From Batkoa obscura (Eukaryota), in the NCBI GenBank assembly GCA_030770535.1, contig JASVEC010000012.1, forward strand, positions 558,001 to 622,000: a stretch of DNA of 64,000 nt, given 5' to 3'. Shown here one piece after another: positions 24,616-37,608 of this stretch. Under the pieces are notes generated by a model. It was not told the origin of the DNA. It did no database searches and saw only the letters and a list, made by a program, of their open reading frames with translations. Positions within the stretch are counted from its first letter, which is position 1. Each line of letters starts with the position of its first letter. Both the position numbers and the translations under genes were made by a program.

Positions 24616-26088
24616 ATGAATTATATTTCTATTCTAGTATTATTGTTTACTAATAATATACTCAGTTCAAAATTACAATGCAGAAACAAACTTGATAGTT
24701 TAATTACTTGCTTATCTGCTTTACCAAAAAACACAATCGTTCAACAAAGTGATGCCAATTATGATTCTGCCAGATTTGAGTGGAATAGTCGAATTCAAGA
24801 TGTTAAACCATTATTAATTGTATTACCAAAAAATACAGACCAGGTGAGTAAAATTGTAGTATGCGCTAATAAGTTCAATACAACTGTAGCTATACGTAGT
24901 GGAGGCCATTCATATGAAGGGTATAGTTTAGGTGGTAAAAATGGCGCTTTAGTTATTGATTTGCTAAACATGAACAATGTGCAAATTGATCAAGATAAAA
25001 AAGTAGGCTTAGTAGAAGGTGGCACGCTATTAGGCAAAGTCTATTGGAATGCTTGGAATAATGGTAAATTAGCTTTACCAGCAGGTACTTGTCCTACAGT
25101 AGGTATTGGAGGTCACGCTACTGGTGGTGGGTTCGGAAGATATTCTAGAACTTTCGGAATGGTTGTTGATAATATTTTAGAAGTAGAAATTGTAGCTCCA
25201 AATGGTGATATCTTGACTGCAAATACTAAAGAGAACAGTGACTTGTTTTGGGCCATCAGAGGCTCCGGTACTGGGTCTTATGGCGTTATCACTAAATTTA
25301 AATTTAAATTATTTAAGGCCCCAGAATTTGTAAGCAACTTTAATTTTGATTTCCCAGTTACACTCGATAATTATGCAACAATATTCCAAAAGATTCAAAA
25401 TTATTCAATGAGATTACCTTTGAAAATTGGTGCTTCATTAGGACTTTACTCTCACAGTATTGGATTTTCTGGTGCCATCTTGGCTGATTCAGAACAAGAA
25501 AGAACCGAATTAATAGAAGATATTAAGAAGAATTTACCACCATTCAAATCAAGTTCTATAACTCCAATGAGCTTTATTGATAATGTAATGGCTTATTCTG
25601 GGTTACCAGCCAATTCCTCACCTTCTGAATTAAATAATGTAAAGCGTTGGGATACTAAAAAGTTCTTTAAAGCAAAGAATGGCTTTGTTATTAAACCATT
25701 TGATAAAGAATTTTTAAAGAAACTAGGAGAACAAATGAGCATATCTCCACCAGGCAATTTTATTTTATTAGATGTCCAAGGTGGTAAAGTTAATTCAGTA
25801 CCTGTTGATGAAACCGCAGTTGTGCATCGTAAAGATTTAATCTTTGATATTCAAATGATTGCTGATGCTAAGAATAATGAGGAAGGAAGTAGATTAATGC
25901 CATGGATGAATACTACTTATGATTTATTATTACCAAAAATGAACGGAGGTTATATTAACTATGTTGATAAAGATGTTAAGGACTGGGAGAATGTTTATTA
26001 CGGTGCTCATTTTAGTAGACTTCAACAAATTAAAAAGAAATATGATCCAAAAAATTTATTCAATAATCCAAGATCAATTCCATTATAA
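24616..26088 (+). CDS. Secreted FAD-linked oxidase, berberine-bridge-enzyme-like (VAO/BBE family), intronless
   Basis: Signal peptide. IRSGGHSYEG (flavinylated His) and AGTCPTVGIGGHATGGG (second Cys attachment site). C-terminal YINY...YYGAHFSRLQQIKKKYDPKNLF BBE motif. Confidence 0.93.
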   Translation: MNYISILVLLFTNNILSSKLQCRNKLDSLITCLSALPKNTIVQQSDANYDSARFEWNSRIQDVKPLLIVLPKNTDQVSKIVVCANKFNTTVAIRSGGHSYEGYSLGGKNGALVIDLLNMNNVQIDQDKKVGLVEGGTLLGKVYWNAWNNGKLALPAGTCPTVGIGGHATGGGFGRYSRTFGMVVDNILEVEIVAPNGDILTANTKENSDLFWAIRGSGTGSYGVITKFKFKLFKAPEFVSNFNFDFPVTLDNYATIFQKIQNYSMRLPLKIGASLGLYSHSIGFSGAILADSEQERTELIEDIKKNLPPFKSSSITPMSFIDNVMAYSGLPANSSPSELNNVKRWDTKKFFKAKNGFVIKPFDKEFLKKLGEQMSISPPGNFILLDVQGGKVNSVPVDETAVVHRKDLIFDIQMIADAKNNEEGSRLMPWMNTTYDLLLPKMNGGYINYVDKDVKDWENVYYGAHFSRLQQIKKKYDPKNLFNNPRSIPL

Positions 26089-26301
26089 TACTAATATCTA
26101 GTATAAAACTTTATTCCATTTAATTCAACCTTTATAATAAAAAAAACATTTTAATTATTATTTATTATGTTTCTTTTCTCGAAAGAGTGTAACTCTAAGT
26201 GTTTTATTAAAGGGTATTTAAAAAATTAACTACATAGGATAGAAAGAACCATGAACAAAAAGAGAGCTGAAACTAAAATCGTAAATTTAAAGGAACTATT
26301 A

Positions 26302-26443
26302 CAGCTGTCAAAATTCACTTGTGCAAAAAATAACCGTTCATTTAAAACAAAAACTTGAGCATCAACCCATAAATTACGGTAGTTGTAAATCATTGACTAT
26401 AAAAATTAGCGCTAGCTGCTGCACAATTGAATTTTGACAGTTT
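26302..26443. mobile_element. 142-bp MITE family B (Tc1/mariner-like ends)
   Basis: TIR CTGTCAAAATTCACTTGTGCA / TGCACAATTGAATTTTGACAG (20/21 match). TA|CAG left end and TA on the right flank. Confidence 0.7.
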
Positions 26444-26907
26444 TAGTTTCGAGTCATCTACCTTTATGTATGGCAATTTGATATGAGCTGATTTATGTTT
26501 GGTGTAATATGAGCTTCTCTAGAAGTAAAACAAAGGACTAGATATGGCAGTATGTTTTTTGTCTAATTATTAAACAAATATTTTTCTAGTTTGTGTTGTA
26601 TAAAAAGGGAAGAATAAATTAAACCAAAGTACTTCCAAATATTGCCACTTGATAGTATGGTATGAAAGGAGTGGATAGTTCAAATCCAGGTAAAGTGACA
26701 AATGTCTAAGTGAAAAATATAAACCATGAAACGCAGTAGATAAATGATTTTAAAGGAAAGCGTGAATTAATTGCCTTTAATTTTGTTCTACATATAAACT
26801 CTAACCTATAATAATTAAACTAGTAAAGTCAACAAGTCAACTCAACTTTTTGCGAATTTTTAACTCATTTTTTGAAGCTTATATATTTTAAAAGTGGAAA
26901 TTTTTAA

Positions 26908-26989
26908 GGCGACTTGCCCGAGAGGTCTAAGGGGTCAGGTTTAGGCCCTGATATGGAAACATGCGAGGGTTCGAACCCCTCAGTCGTCA
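26908..26989 (+). tRNA. tRNA-Leu (anticodon UAG), intronless
   Basis: Acceptor stem GGCGACT/AGTCGTC plus discriminator A. Anticodon arm TCAGG-TT-TAG-GC-CCTGA. Long variable arm. T-arm GAGGG-TTCGAAC-CCCTC. Followed by a T-run Pol III terminator. Confidence 0.96.
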
Positions 26990-27340
26990 TTTTTGTTGAG
27001 TTTAAAAGTTTTAGCTTAATTTAGTAAATTTTAGCTAAACTACAAAATTCTTTTAGCTTACTACTATAATAAATTGAAGCATTGTTTTAAATATTCCAAA
27101 ATAAAAAATAAAGTTAGTTAACTTTTAATACATTAAAGTTTGATAATTATCTAAATGGAGAACAAAAAAGACAGAAAAATGCAAATTAAAATCCAGCCCT
27201 GAAGGAACAGAAATTTAGCAATTGGTTATTTTTAAACAAAGGTTGATGCAAGCGCTGATAGTTAGCAGATAAGCTCTAAAATGGTGCTTTATGGCTACTA
27301 TACAAATTTTACTGACCGCATACAACTTTTGAAGTATTGC

Positions 27341-28666
27341 TTAAAATCCTTTGTTAAACAGGGTACTTGTTTGTGACATGAGTGAGCGACGTCGGGTCGC
27401 GACTGGTCTAATAGGAGTTGTAATGGGTGAAGGAGGTTCCTAAAATAAAATTAGTTTCAATTAAAATTAAACAACAAAATAAAAATTACATTAGTCGAAC
27501 GAAGACGACTAGGGGTAAGTGATAATTTGACTGTTTTACCAGAAGAAAATAATTGTTCAAAGTCATTAGTACGATCTTTACTCTAAATAAATATTAGTAT
27601 CGTTATTCATAAACTCAAAATAACAAATTACCAAAGATAAATTGGTTGATAAGTGATTAGATAATGAGTTAACTGAATCAGAGTCTGAAGGGCTGGAACG
27701 AGAACCAGTTGGACTCTTTTTAGCAAACGTATGTTTACTTGGAGATATAACAGACACTGAGTTAACATCCCATTCAGATTGAGAGTAAGTTTTTAAAACT
27801 TGTAGAGGATCTGTTGTTATGCCTATTATAAAGTGAAATTAATATTTTTACTCAGAAACGTATAAAAATAACTCACTCTCAGAATTCATAAGAGAAGGTA
27901 AATTACTATCATCAAGAGCTATAGCTTTAAATGTTTTAACCTAAAAATATAATTATTTAGAAATTAAAATCAAAACGTATACATAATGTAATACCTCAAA
28001 AGAGCTAAAGAAACCAGTTGTTTCTGCTATCTCATTGATAGTATTATTGTGAAAAAATATATAGGCAACCCTATCAGCTGAAATCGTTTTAAGCTTTTCT
28101 TTATGTGCCTCTGTTCCTATGTTTAATAAAAGAAACCTCGATATTTGCTCAACAGCGTTTCCAATAAATAATCCTACTGGTAAACTAAAATATTGAGCTC
28201 CTGGGCGTGAGTTTGATGTAATTGAATATTGATTGGAACTTAATAAAGAACAGCTAACAATAAATTGTCTTAATTGTGATAAATAGCGTGCTTTAAAATG
28301 TGGGTCATCCTCTGGAAAGCGATCTAATGTATCTTGAGACTTAATCATATCTTGAATTGACATAACATAGTTTAACGACAATCCGGTTATCATTTGAGCT
28401 GATCTTGATCGAGCTTCATCCATGCAACTTCTCAATAGTACTTCGTCTTTGATCACTTTTGTTAATATACTTTGATAATGAGTGATCCCGTATTTATTAG
28501 CGGTATTTCTATGTTTTACTAATAAAACTAAAAACTGGTCCAAAAACAAGTTAATAGCTTCTAAACCTCTCACGGATAACTTGGCTTTACAATATTTTGA
28601 TAAAAGCTTTTTGGCGTTCTTCCCAGACACATATTCACTTATTTCGTTGTTATTCCCTCTTAGCAT
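27341..28666 (-). CDS. Hypothetical protein with a possible N-terminal histone-fold-like region and S/P-rich tail, ~5 exons
   Basis: ORF 27953-28666 continues through short GT-AG-bounded exons to ...RRRSLMSQTSTLFNKGF* at 27341. Confidence 0.7.
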
Positions 28667-31058
28667 GATTATAATATGATTGTATATAATTAAATAGAAA
28701 GGTATTAATTAATTGGAGGTAGGTTTAATTGAGAGTAAGATCAGGTAGAAAGTTATGGAGTCACCTAAATCTTTTTTCTAATAGTAAAAGATTTTAAAAA
28801 AAGCAAAACTAAAAGTTTGACAAAGAATTGAGTTTTGGCCTTGGATTTGGAACAAAATTTGAATATCTAATTGGTTCAATCTTATTTCGATTTTCATTTT
28901 GTCTTTATCATAGCATTAAGGTAAAAAGAATCATTGGCCGTATTTTCATTTTCTATTTTTGTACTCAACAAAATAAAATTTGTATAACTTTTATAGAAGA
29001 AATCCGCTTATGATTTATTGTTTATGTCGGAATCGAGAGCTGAGTTTATTCTTGGAATTTTATATCGCCTATAAACCGATTATAATTGGTCAAGGATCAT
29101 ATCTTAATTCAGGTTTATTGGATAATCAATGATATAATGTTACCAGGAATAACTAGCTCTCCGATATTTTCCTTAAATTATAATATGATTAGTAATTTTT
29201 ACTGTGAGAAAGAAAATAAACCAGATTATACTTTCAATAGCACAATCAATGTGTTTTTAAATCAAATATTTTATTTATTTGAAAGGTTTTTCAGAATTAT
29301 AATTAATATTGGCAATTCTTGGAAAGCCATTACAAGAATTTAGTTTAAAGTGGTGTAGTTAGACTTTAGAGTAAAACTCAAATCATTTTATTCTTCAGAG
29401 ATAGAACTTTAGGATCATTTAAAAAATAACTCAAATACGTTGTATTTAATTAAAATAGGGACAACTATTAACCAGCTTTAAGTGAGATTCAAAATTTTAA
29501 CCTTCTATTTAGGTTCTTGAGATGCAAGGTTAAAATCATTCTTTTTATTCTTCTAATAAGGTGAGTTATAGATTTAGTTTCTATATTTATTATAAACCGG
29601 AACTTAAAACTTCATAAGTATCATTTTTAAAATCAACCTGTTTATTTTATTATTTTATTATTTTATTATTTTATTATTTTATTATTTTATTATTTCATAT
29701 TGAAAATCAAAAAGTTATCTTATCTTATCCTTGATTTATTTTATTATGATTTTAAATACTATCATCCTTAAAAAAACTTATCTTTACTCTTACTATTCAT
29801 AACCTTATGGTACTATAGCCCTGAATAATTACCACTTTTTTATACGCTTTGTTTATTATTATATTTTCCTGAAGAAAATTAATATACTACGAATATTATT
29901 TTTGAAAGATAAAATTTTGAAACTAAAGCAATCAAAGGGTAAACTATCAAAATTTTTAGTAGTCAAAATAATAGTGCTTTCAAAAGAGTGGGTGTGTAAC
30001 AAAGGATTACAATAATAATTGAATATTTATTCCATTATTAATTATTATTTTACTATTTGAGCTTGAATATTTCCCGACTTTTGAAATAAATAATCTGATG
30101 AAATGAAAATTCAACGTATAAATTTAGTAAGTTTAATACTATTTCAATTAAATTGCCACTAATACAAAAATAAAATCCTGTATAATAATGTATAATAAAC
30201 GAAACTACTGTTACAATTTCATTATTTTCTTTTAAAGTTAATAATCTTAAATCTTCTTTAAACTTTCTGGATATAAACTAGTATCTCAAATATGGTCCAA
30301 TTTAACTTTTTATATAAAACAAATAACTTGAATGTATTATTATTTCTATTTAGAATAATATTGAAACAGTATCAGCTTTATTGACTTTTTTAAAATTTAT
30401 TTAGATTTTATCCAATAAAATTTCAAACAAGTTATTATTTTCTTTAACTCAATAAGCTCACTTTCGCTTATATAGTATTTACAGGAAAAAAATGTAAATA
30501 AAATAAACACAAAAAAATATTAAATTTAACTTAAATTTAAAAATGTTAAAAAGTATATCTCATAACGCCATTTTTTAATCATATAAAATACTCCCTAAAT
30601 TTATTATTTTTCTTGTTATTCTTAAAAGATCCAATACTTTTAAAATATCTTAATAACAAAATAAAATACACAACGAAATCAAGAAAATGGGAAATGAGAA
30701 ATGGGAAATGGGGAATGGGGGTTACGAAGTAAAAGTATTTCTACGGCTCTCCTTTTAGCTAAATGAACTTTTATTATTTATTTTTCAATAATCAATAAAG
30801 GATTAAGACGAGTACTATAAAAGCGTATAGGCGGATAAATTTTAAATCATTAAAATGAATTCAATATTTATTTCTTATATATGCTTAAAGTAGTATTTAA
30901 TATTTTTTAATTCTTATTTTCATATATGTTTTTTGATTGACAAAATTTCAATTCCTAATCTATTGCTTAGATTGATATTCTTTATCAAATTACATAATGA
31001 GCTTTGGATTTGAAATTATTATAATGATGAAAACTATATTTGATAACACCCAATCTAT

Positions 31059-31160
31059 GGGGATGTTTTTTTTGTTTAAGAATTTTATTAATAATCTTTC
31101 TGCTTAAATAGCGCTTAAAAAATGGAAAAAGTGATGAAGCTGAAAAAAATATTATTAACA
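31059..31160 (+). mobile_element. MITE family A, copy 3 (right end degenerate)
   Basis: GGGGATGTTTTTTTTGTTTAAGAATTTT...AAATAGCGCTTAAAAAATGGAAAAAGTGATGAAGC. Confidence 0.8.
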
Positions 31161-31694
31161 TATTTGGAATTTTTGATACAAAATGAACTTTCAAGTCATC
31201 AAGTACAATCTACTTAAATTTAAAGTTGATTCACTCAAATTATAGTATTTCCCATTAATCTCCTAGTTTCCCTCCTACCTCTCTTCACTTTCTACTTACT
31301 TTTATCCTTTTATCACTCAATAAGATTCAAACTTTATTATCTCTAATAACAAAATAGTCAAAGGCTTAGCTCCTTTAAGTTTTTTTTATAAATATAATTA
31401 AATAAAAAATAATTAAGTAAAAAAATACAATAGGGGTTACTGAAGGTTTATGATGACTTGAAATAGCTAGAATAAAAGCAAGACAAATATAAAATCACTA
31501 TAATTTATTTTGATGTTTGGATTTATTCAAATAGCATTTTTTATGTTGGTTTTATTAACATTATTAAATTCAAATAAAACATCTATTTAAACTATTTTAT
31601 AATATTGATTAATTTTGCAATTTTTTTTTAAATTTTAATAGTTTCTGTTAAATCTTTTAGAAAAAATCAATTTCAAAATACGTTATTATTATAA

Positions 31695-31794
31695 GGGGAT
31701 GTATTTTTGTGTTTAAGAATTTTACTAACAATCTTTCCGCTGGAATAACACTTAAAAAATGGAAAAAATAATGAAGCCAAAAAAAAACACTTCC
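31695..31794 (+). mobile_element. MITE family A, copy 4
   Basis: GGGGATGTATTTTTGTGTTTAAG...GAAGCCAAAAAAAAACACTTCC; flanks ATAA/ATAT. Confidence 0.85.
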
Positions 31795-32283
31795 ATATTT
31801 TTAACAAGGTTCTAAAAGAGAATTTCTTTCATAATCTTAGCTAATAAAACCACTCTACTTATTATTTTTTTCATTTTGGTTGATGAGTTTCTCTCACTGA
31901 AAACTAGTTTAACACTCTATTTAACTTGCAATATTGTCAACTTTGTTTTTTCAATTTCTAATAAAATTCAATTCAAAAATGAAGCCCAATTTGTTGAACT
32001 TTGTTTCCACTTGCTTGTAATATTTGCTTTAGAAGTTGTATAAAGCTCCTTTCCACATCTTCTATTAAGTATAAAAGATAGTTCAATGAAATCAATATTA
32101 AAAACTAGTGGCGATTATATTTTACAAAATAAACTAAATTGATATATAAAGCTACTAAAAGTATACTATTATTATCGAAATCCAATCATAAACCTATTAC
32201 TAAAAATTATTAAAATTAAATAATCATCAACCTTTAAAGACTTATAAAACACTTTATTTATTTTAACTCTCTTCAATTAATAT

Positions 32284-33041
32284 TTATTTTTTCCCACCTC
32301 TTTCTTTAATCGACAATGCAATTGTAACTTCTCCAGCTAAATTATACATTGCCAATGTATAATTATTTTTAGCCACTTGTGGGGGTGCTTTAATGGGTAG
32401 AGTAACCGTGAGTTTTTGTTTATTAGCTGGAAATTGTAGTTTTGAGAAAATTTGTTCTTTAATTTCTTGCATTGTTGTTTTTGGTTTTAATCCTTCAAGT
32501 TGAATTGTCTGTCCATTTAATTGCCATTCGGGTTTACTTTCATCTTTAGGTACATTGATATTAACTGTGACTGGATCCTAAGTTAAAATTTTAAATTAAT
32601 CATATACTTTTTATAATAACATAATAGCTTCAACTTACTGGATTCATTTCAATAAATTGATGTTCCGGTGTTAAATTGGCTAAGACACCCTCCAATTTAG
32701 GTTTTTTAGCTTCGATTGTTGGTGGTGGTAAGGTATGCGTAGGTGGTGGTATAAAAGGAGGGGGTTGGAAGCGGTTGGGTGGAATAAAAGGTGGTACTTG
32801 AGTTTGTTGAAATGGTGGGCGTTGTGGTGGTACTGGTACATCTTGAGGAGGGTGTATAGGAGGATGTTGGGGACCACCAGGTGGTGGTATATAAGGTGGA
32901 CAAATAGCCAAAAATGGAGGTGGTAAATTATTAGGAGGTGGAGCCATATTACTAAATTCAATTGTTAAATAAACAATTAAAAAATAATACTAAACTAAAC
33001 TTACTTTGGTGGTGCAAAGTTATTACTATTATTACTATTGC

Positions 33042-33090
<49 letters not shown>

Positions 33091-34876
33091 AGTAGTAAAA
33101 CCATCATATTTAACTTTATCTTTTTCAGCTAATTTACGTCTTTCTACATCTTCTTCCAATTTTTTACCAATACCAATTTCATCCGAACCAAATAAATCGG
33201 AACGATAGCCTGCTAGTTTTTTTAAATTATTGGAAACATCCGTTGTATCCCTTAATAAATTAGAATCTCGATTTCTTGCTTCATTAATTTCTTTTTGTGC
33301 TTTCCATTTAGGATCTAATTTTTCAATTCGAATATGTTCATCAATTTCCGATTTAGGTATCTTTAAATTACAAATTGGACATACTTGTGTATCTTCTCCA
33401 CTATTTCTATTGACTCCAACTATAAATTTTATATTAATTTTAATAATTAAAACTAATGTAATTTAATTACTTCTTGGTACATAATCACGTCTAATTTTAA
33501 TTGGTACATTATTAGTAGACATAGTAGGTACATTTGTAGTTGGATTATTAAACGTTGGAGATGGAGTAGGAGGCTCATTATTTTCTATATTATTTTGAAT
33601 CTAAAAACAATATTAGTATTCGACAATCTATTTCTAAATAACTTTTAACCTTTTGAATATTTTCATTTTTATTTTTATTCTCTATACCTAACGCTTCCAT
33701 TTCTTGTAAACCTTTACTCATTTCAGCTGCTTTTTTAGCTGCTTGTGAAGCACTTATTATACTTTCTATACTTTCAGGTCCAGGCAAATCTGATTTTTTA
33801 TCAAACGATGTAAATTCCAACGTTTGTACAATAACAAAATCATGCCAATCAATGGACGCAAATGCAGCTAGATTGTAAGTGAATAAATAAAATATAATTA
33901 GCTATATTACATTTTATTACCTCTTTCTTTATCTTCTCTTTCCGCTTCTTTTTTACTTTCTTCTTGTTGATAAATAGAATATCTTACTCTTTCCATAACT
34001 CTTTCCATGATCTAATAATCATTAACTTTTAATTAAAAAAATTGGCAATTATACTAATATTTACCTTAAATTTAGAATCCTTAACAACATTTAGTAACTC
34101 AAGGATATCTTGATTTGGATTTAAAACAGTTGAATATTGATCACATAATTGAGAAAAATAAGGAAACAAAGCATGTCCAGGTCTTAAAAAATCAAATTGA
34201 TAATTACCACGTTCTCTTTGAATAAGTCCGGATCGAAATTGAACTCCATTTTTTGCAATATAAAGAGCAGTTAATTTAATCACATCTCTAATTATAGTTT
34301 TCAAATTATCAACAAATATAAAAAAAAAGGTATATAGCTTACAAGTCTTGTTGAGGAATAGGTGGTGGTTCTAATTGAAAGTAAAATGGTGCTGGTGGAT
34401 TTGGTATATCTTCAACTACAGGGGCGACTTCGGGTACTACTGATACGGTTTCAGATTCGACAACTATATTCAAGTTATTAGTTAAATACAATTTTAATTA
34501 ATATCAATATTACCTGGCTCAGATTGAATGCCTAATCGAACTTTTTGTTTTTCAGCAATATAATAATTATAGTATGGATCCCCTGGATTTAAAAAAGAAA
34601 ATTTAATATTTCCTTTTTTGTTTTCTCTTATTCTATCTTCTAACGCTTTATCATTTTTAGCGGTAAACTTAGCGGTACTATCAGCAAGTTCTATAAATTA
34701 TTGCTATTAATTCCATTTTCTTTATTTAACTTAGTTATAAATTTACTTCTTATATCTGGTGGTGGATAGATCACATTGGACATATCTGGTAATTGGGAAG
34801 TTGCATCATCTTCATTGGTTATGCTTGGTACGGTCGCTTCTGTTTTTTCGACTTTTATTTGATCGTGGATGGTCAT
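32284..34876 (-). CDS. PRP21: Splicing factor 3A subunit 1 (Prp21/SF3A1), multi-exon
   Basis: VIYPPPDIR, SURP modules (KFSFLNPGDPY; DVIKLTALYIAKNG...NYQFDFLRPGH), FASIDWHDFV, HIRIEKLDPKWK, a Pro-rich region, and a C-terminal ubiquitin-like domain ending KERGGKK. Confidence 0.93.
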
Positions 34877-36196
34877 TTTGTAAAAAAAATAAACAAAATG
34901 TTCAACTTTTGATATTGTAAAATAAGCTTGAAATAAAAAGAGCCAATTAAAAGCAAATCATTGAATTCAGTTTCAATTAGAATTTATTTCTTTTATTATT
35001 ATTGAGAGTATTGATTAATAGATGGTTATAATAAGAATAATAGAATGTGTAATTTTAGTCATGATATTAAGACTTTTTTAAAGGCAATGACAATTTAAGA
35101 GACGATATTCTTTTTTAATTATTCATATTTTTAAGCTGAGTTTTAATTTTTTATATAATTTTAAATTAAATTTAAACTGTTTTTAATTTCAAATAAACTC
35201 TTTATATTATTTTATTAATATAAATAAGAGTTGAAATTTATATATAACACTATTAAAATATATTTTTTTAAACATAATTTATTAGTTTCAAAAAAACATA
35301 TAAGGATATCCAACTTAGTTTCATTTTTTTATCTAATTTTTAAATATTTTATATTAAAAACTATTTAAAATTCATAAAAATAATTTTTTAATTAAAAAAT
35401 AAAAGTACTTGATACAGTTTTAAATTATTTTATTATAATTTATATTGTAAGTTGGCAGAACTTCTACTAAATTTAATAGAAATTCCTAGATCAACAAGGT
35501 TTTTACTAATATAGCTTATATATTAATATTAATCAAAGTTGTAATATGTAAACAAATATATATTTTTATAAAACTTCGTTAAAAAATCTTGATTATTGAC
35601 TTCTTTATAGCTAATATTGCAGATTTGCTATTAAATAATTAAACAACTTTAATATTATAATTACATTATTGATATATTACTAATTTAATAAATAGCTATA
35701 TATAAAGGAATAATTAGCTTTAAAACTATAGTTAACCATCTTTATACAATACAAGCAATACAATAATAATTTTTATTTATTATTACAATTACTTGCTCTT
35801 TAATTATTTATTAACTTAACTATTAATAGCATAAACAATATTAATTTTTAATATTTAATATTTAATATTTAATAAACTATTTGCTTAATAAATACTAAAA
35901 CTTTTAAATTTTCTGTTATTTTATAAAATAAGCTGGGGTTAATTTTTTAATTTTTTAATACTGATATAACTTATTTATTATAATGATTTAAATTTATTGG
36001 ACCTGGCCTTGTCTTTATTTTTTATTGCTGTATTTATCTTATTTTTAAATACTTTTTTTCTAACTGGATACTAGGCATATATATTACATGAATCTGTTTT
36101 TCTTGCTGTATTTCTAAAATTACTTGGTATATATTTTAAAAATATTAACTTAGTTACTGCTTTATTTTCTAAATCATTAAAATATTTATTATATAT

Positions 36197-36295
36197 GGGG
36201 ATGTATTTTTTTGTTTAAGAATTTTACTAATAATCTTTCTGCTCAAATAGCGCTTAAAAAATGGAAAAAATAATGAAGCTAAAAAAAACACTCCC
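36197..36295 (+). mobile_element. MITE family A, copy 5
   Basis: GGGGATGTATTTTT...AAAAAAAACACTCCC flanked by ATAT/ATAT. Confidence 0.88.
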
Positions 36296-36398
36296 ATATT
36301 ATTTTTTTACTTTTATTTAATATATATTATCTGATGAATATCTGTTATCATTATTTTTTTATTAAATCTTGATAAAATAGTTGAATTATTAAGTAAAT

Positions 36399-36947
36399 TG
36401 TGAAAATTGATACTCAGTGGTTGGGGTTAAAAGTAGTTTTTGCTTGATTAACTAGCCTTGTGCCGAACGGTCTTAGTTTATGTAACTAAGATAGACTTAA
36501 ATTAGTAAGAATAATGCGCAATAGGTTATGAACTATGTAAAACAAATAGAATAGACAACACTACTGTAAAATCTACGTAAGATACTGTCAGAAAGACTTA
36601 ATGGCTTTATTAATAATACGATATCAGGGAGTGATTCAATTAAAAAGCATTGAGTTATTGTGTTGAGGAGTCTCTTTTATACTCCAACTGGGTGGGTATA
36701 TATAAAGAACATTACAACAGTTATTCTTTATTATAGTTACCAAGTATGGACATTAAAACGTGGACAATAAGTTCTTCATGATTAGGCGGTAGGAATTCTC
36801 ACAGCAAATCTAAATGAGGAACTCTGAATTGATTATATCACATGGATCATGGTCAAATTGATTACAAGACTACAACTAGTTTTGTAAACAAGTTAAATCA
36901 TTATTATCTTATAATTAATCCGAAAGCTGATAAACCAATATTTCATA
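36399..36947 (+). mobile_element. Solo-LTR-like element, copy 1 (~550 bp)
   Basis: Starts TGTGAAA and ends TTTCATA (degenerate TTTCACA). Internal TATATATAAAG. Homologous to the reverse complement of 37697-38176. Confidence 0.7.
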
Positions 36948-37262
36948 ATAGGTTATAACGTTGATATTTTATTAATAATTATTATTTTTGAATAGTCATA
37001 TTGGTTTCTACTTATATTAAATCCAAATTTTTTATATTTATTAAAAATATATGCTAAAGCTATAGTTGATAATAATACTATTTATTATTTTTTGTTTCCT
37101 GTTTCCTTTAAAACACTGATTTTATATATTGCTTGATTAAGTTTGTTATTATTAATAGTAAACTTTAATAAGATCTTTTTTTGTTTTATTAAAATCCCAT
37201 AAATTTTGGGTTATTATAAATAATTATTAAAATTGATCTAAATTACAATATTTATATAATGT

Positions 37263-37361
37263 GGGGATATATTTTTGTGTCTAAGAATTTTACTAACAAT
37301 TTTTCCACTCAAATAGCACTTAAGAAATGGAAAAAATAATGAAGCCAAAAAAAACACTCCC
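37263..37361 (+). mobile_element. MITE family A, copy 6
   Basis: GGGGATATATTTTTG...AAAAAAAACACTCCC flanked by ATGT on both sides (4-bp duplication). Confidence 0.88.
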
Positions 37362-37608
37362 ATGTGCTTCACTTGTATTAAAATTTTTAAAATTTTATTC
37401 TGAAGTTTAGTTATAAAAGCTTGCATTTTATTTTTATTTTAATAAAAAATAAAGTCAAATAAGTATATATTTATATATTATATATCTATTAAGTATTAAA
37501 TAAGGACAATATGAAACATATAATCAAAAAAGTAAAACAATTAAAATAAGTCTTTTGAGTTAAATTTTTTTATTTAATTTTAAGCTTTTTAAATTTAGCT
37601 AATTATAT

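Noticed and set aside
26645..26690. A-box/B-box-like motifs (GATAGTATGGTA ... GTTCAAATCC)
   Set aside because: Spacing is too short and no cloverleaf can be formed.
30685..30722. (GAAATGG)-like heptamer run
   Set aside because: A short degenerate minisatellite, neither telomeric nor CRISPR-like.
30985..31194. Short ORFs here and at 37238-37426 with similar translations
   Set aside because: The similarity comes from overlapping MITE-A copies, not from a gene family.
31189..31463. 13-bp inverted repeat TTTCAAGTCATCA / TGATGACTTGAAA
   Set aside because: No TSD and no second copy in the window. Too weak to call an element.
35900..36130. Possible LINE RT relic (minus strand, AIK...PGP-like)
   Set aside because: Needs a frameshift, and no other RT motifs are visible.
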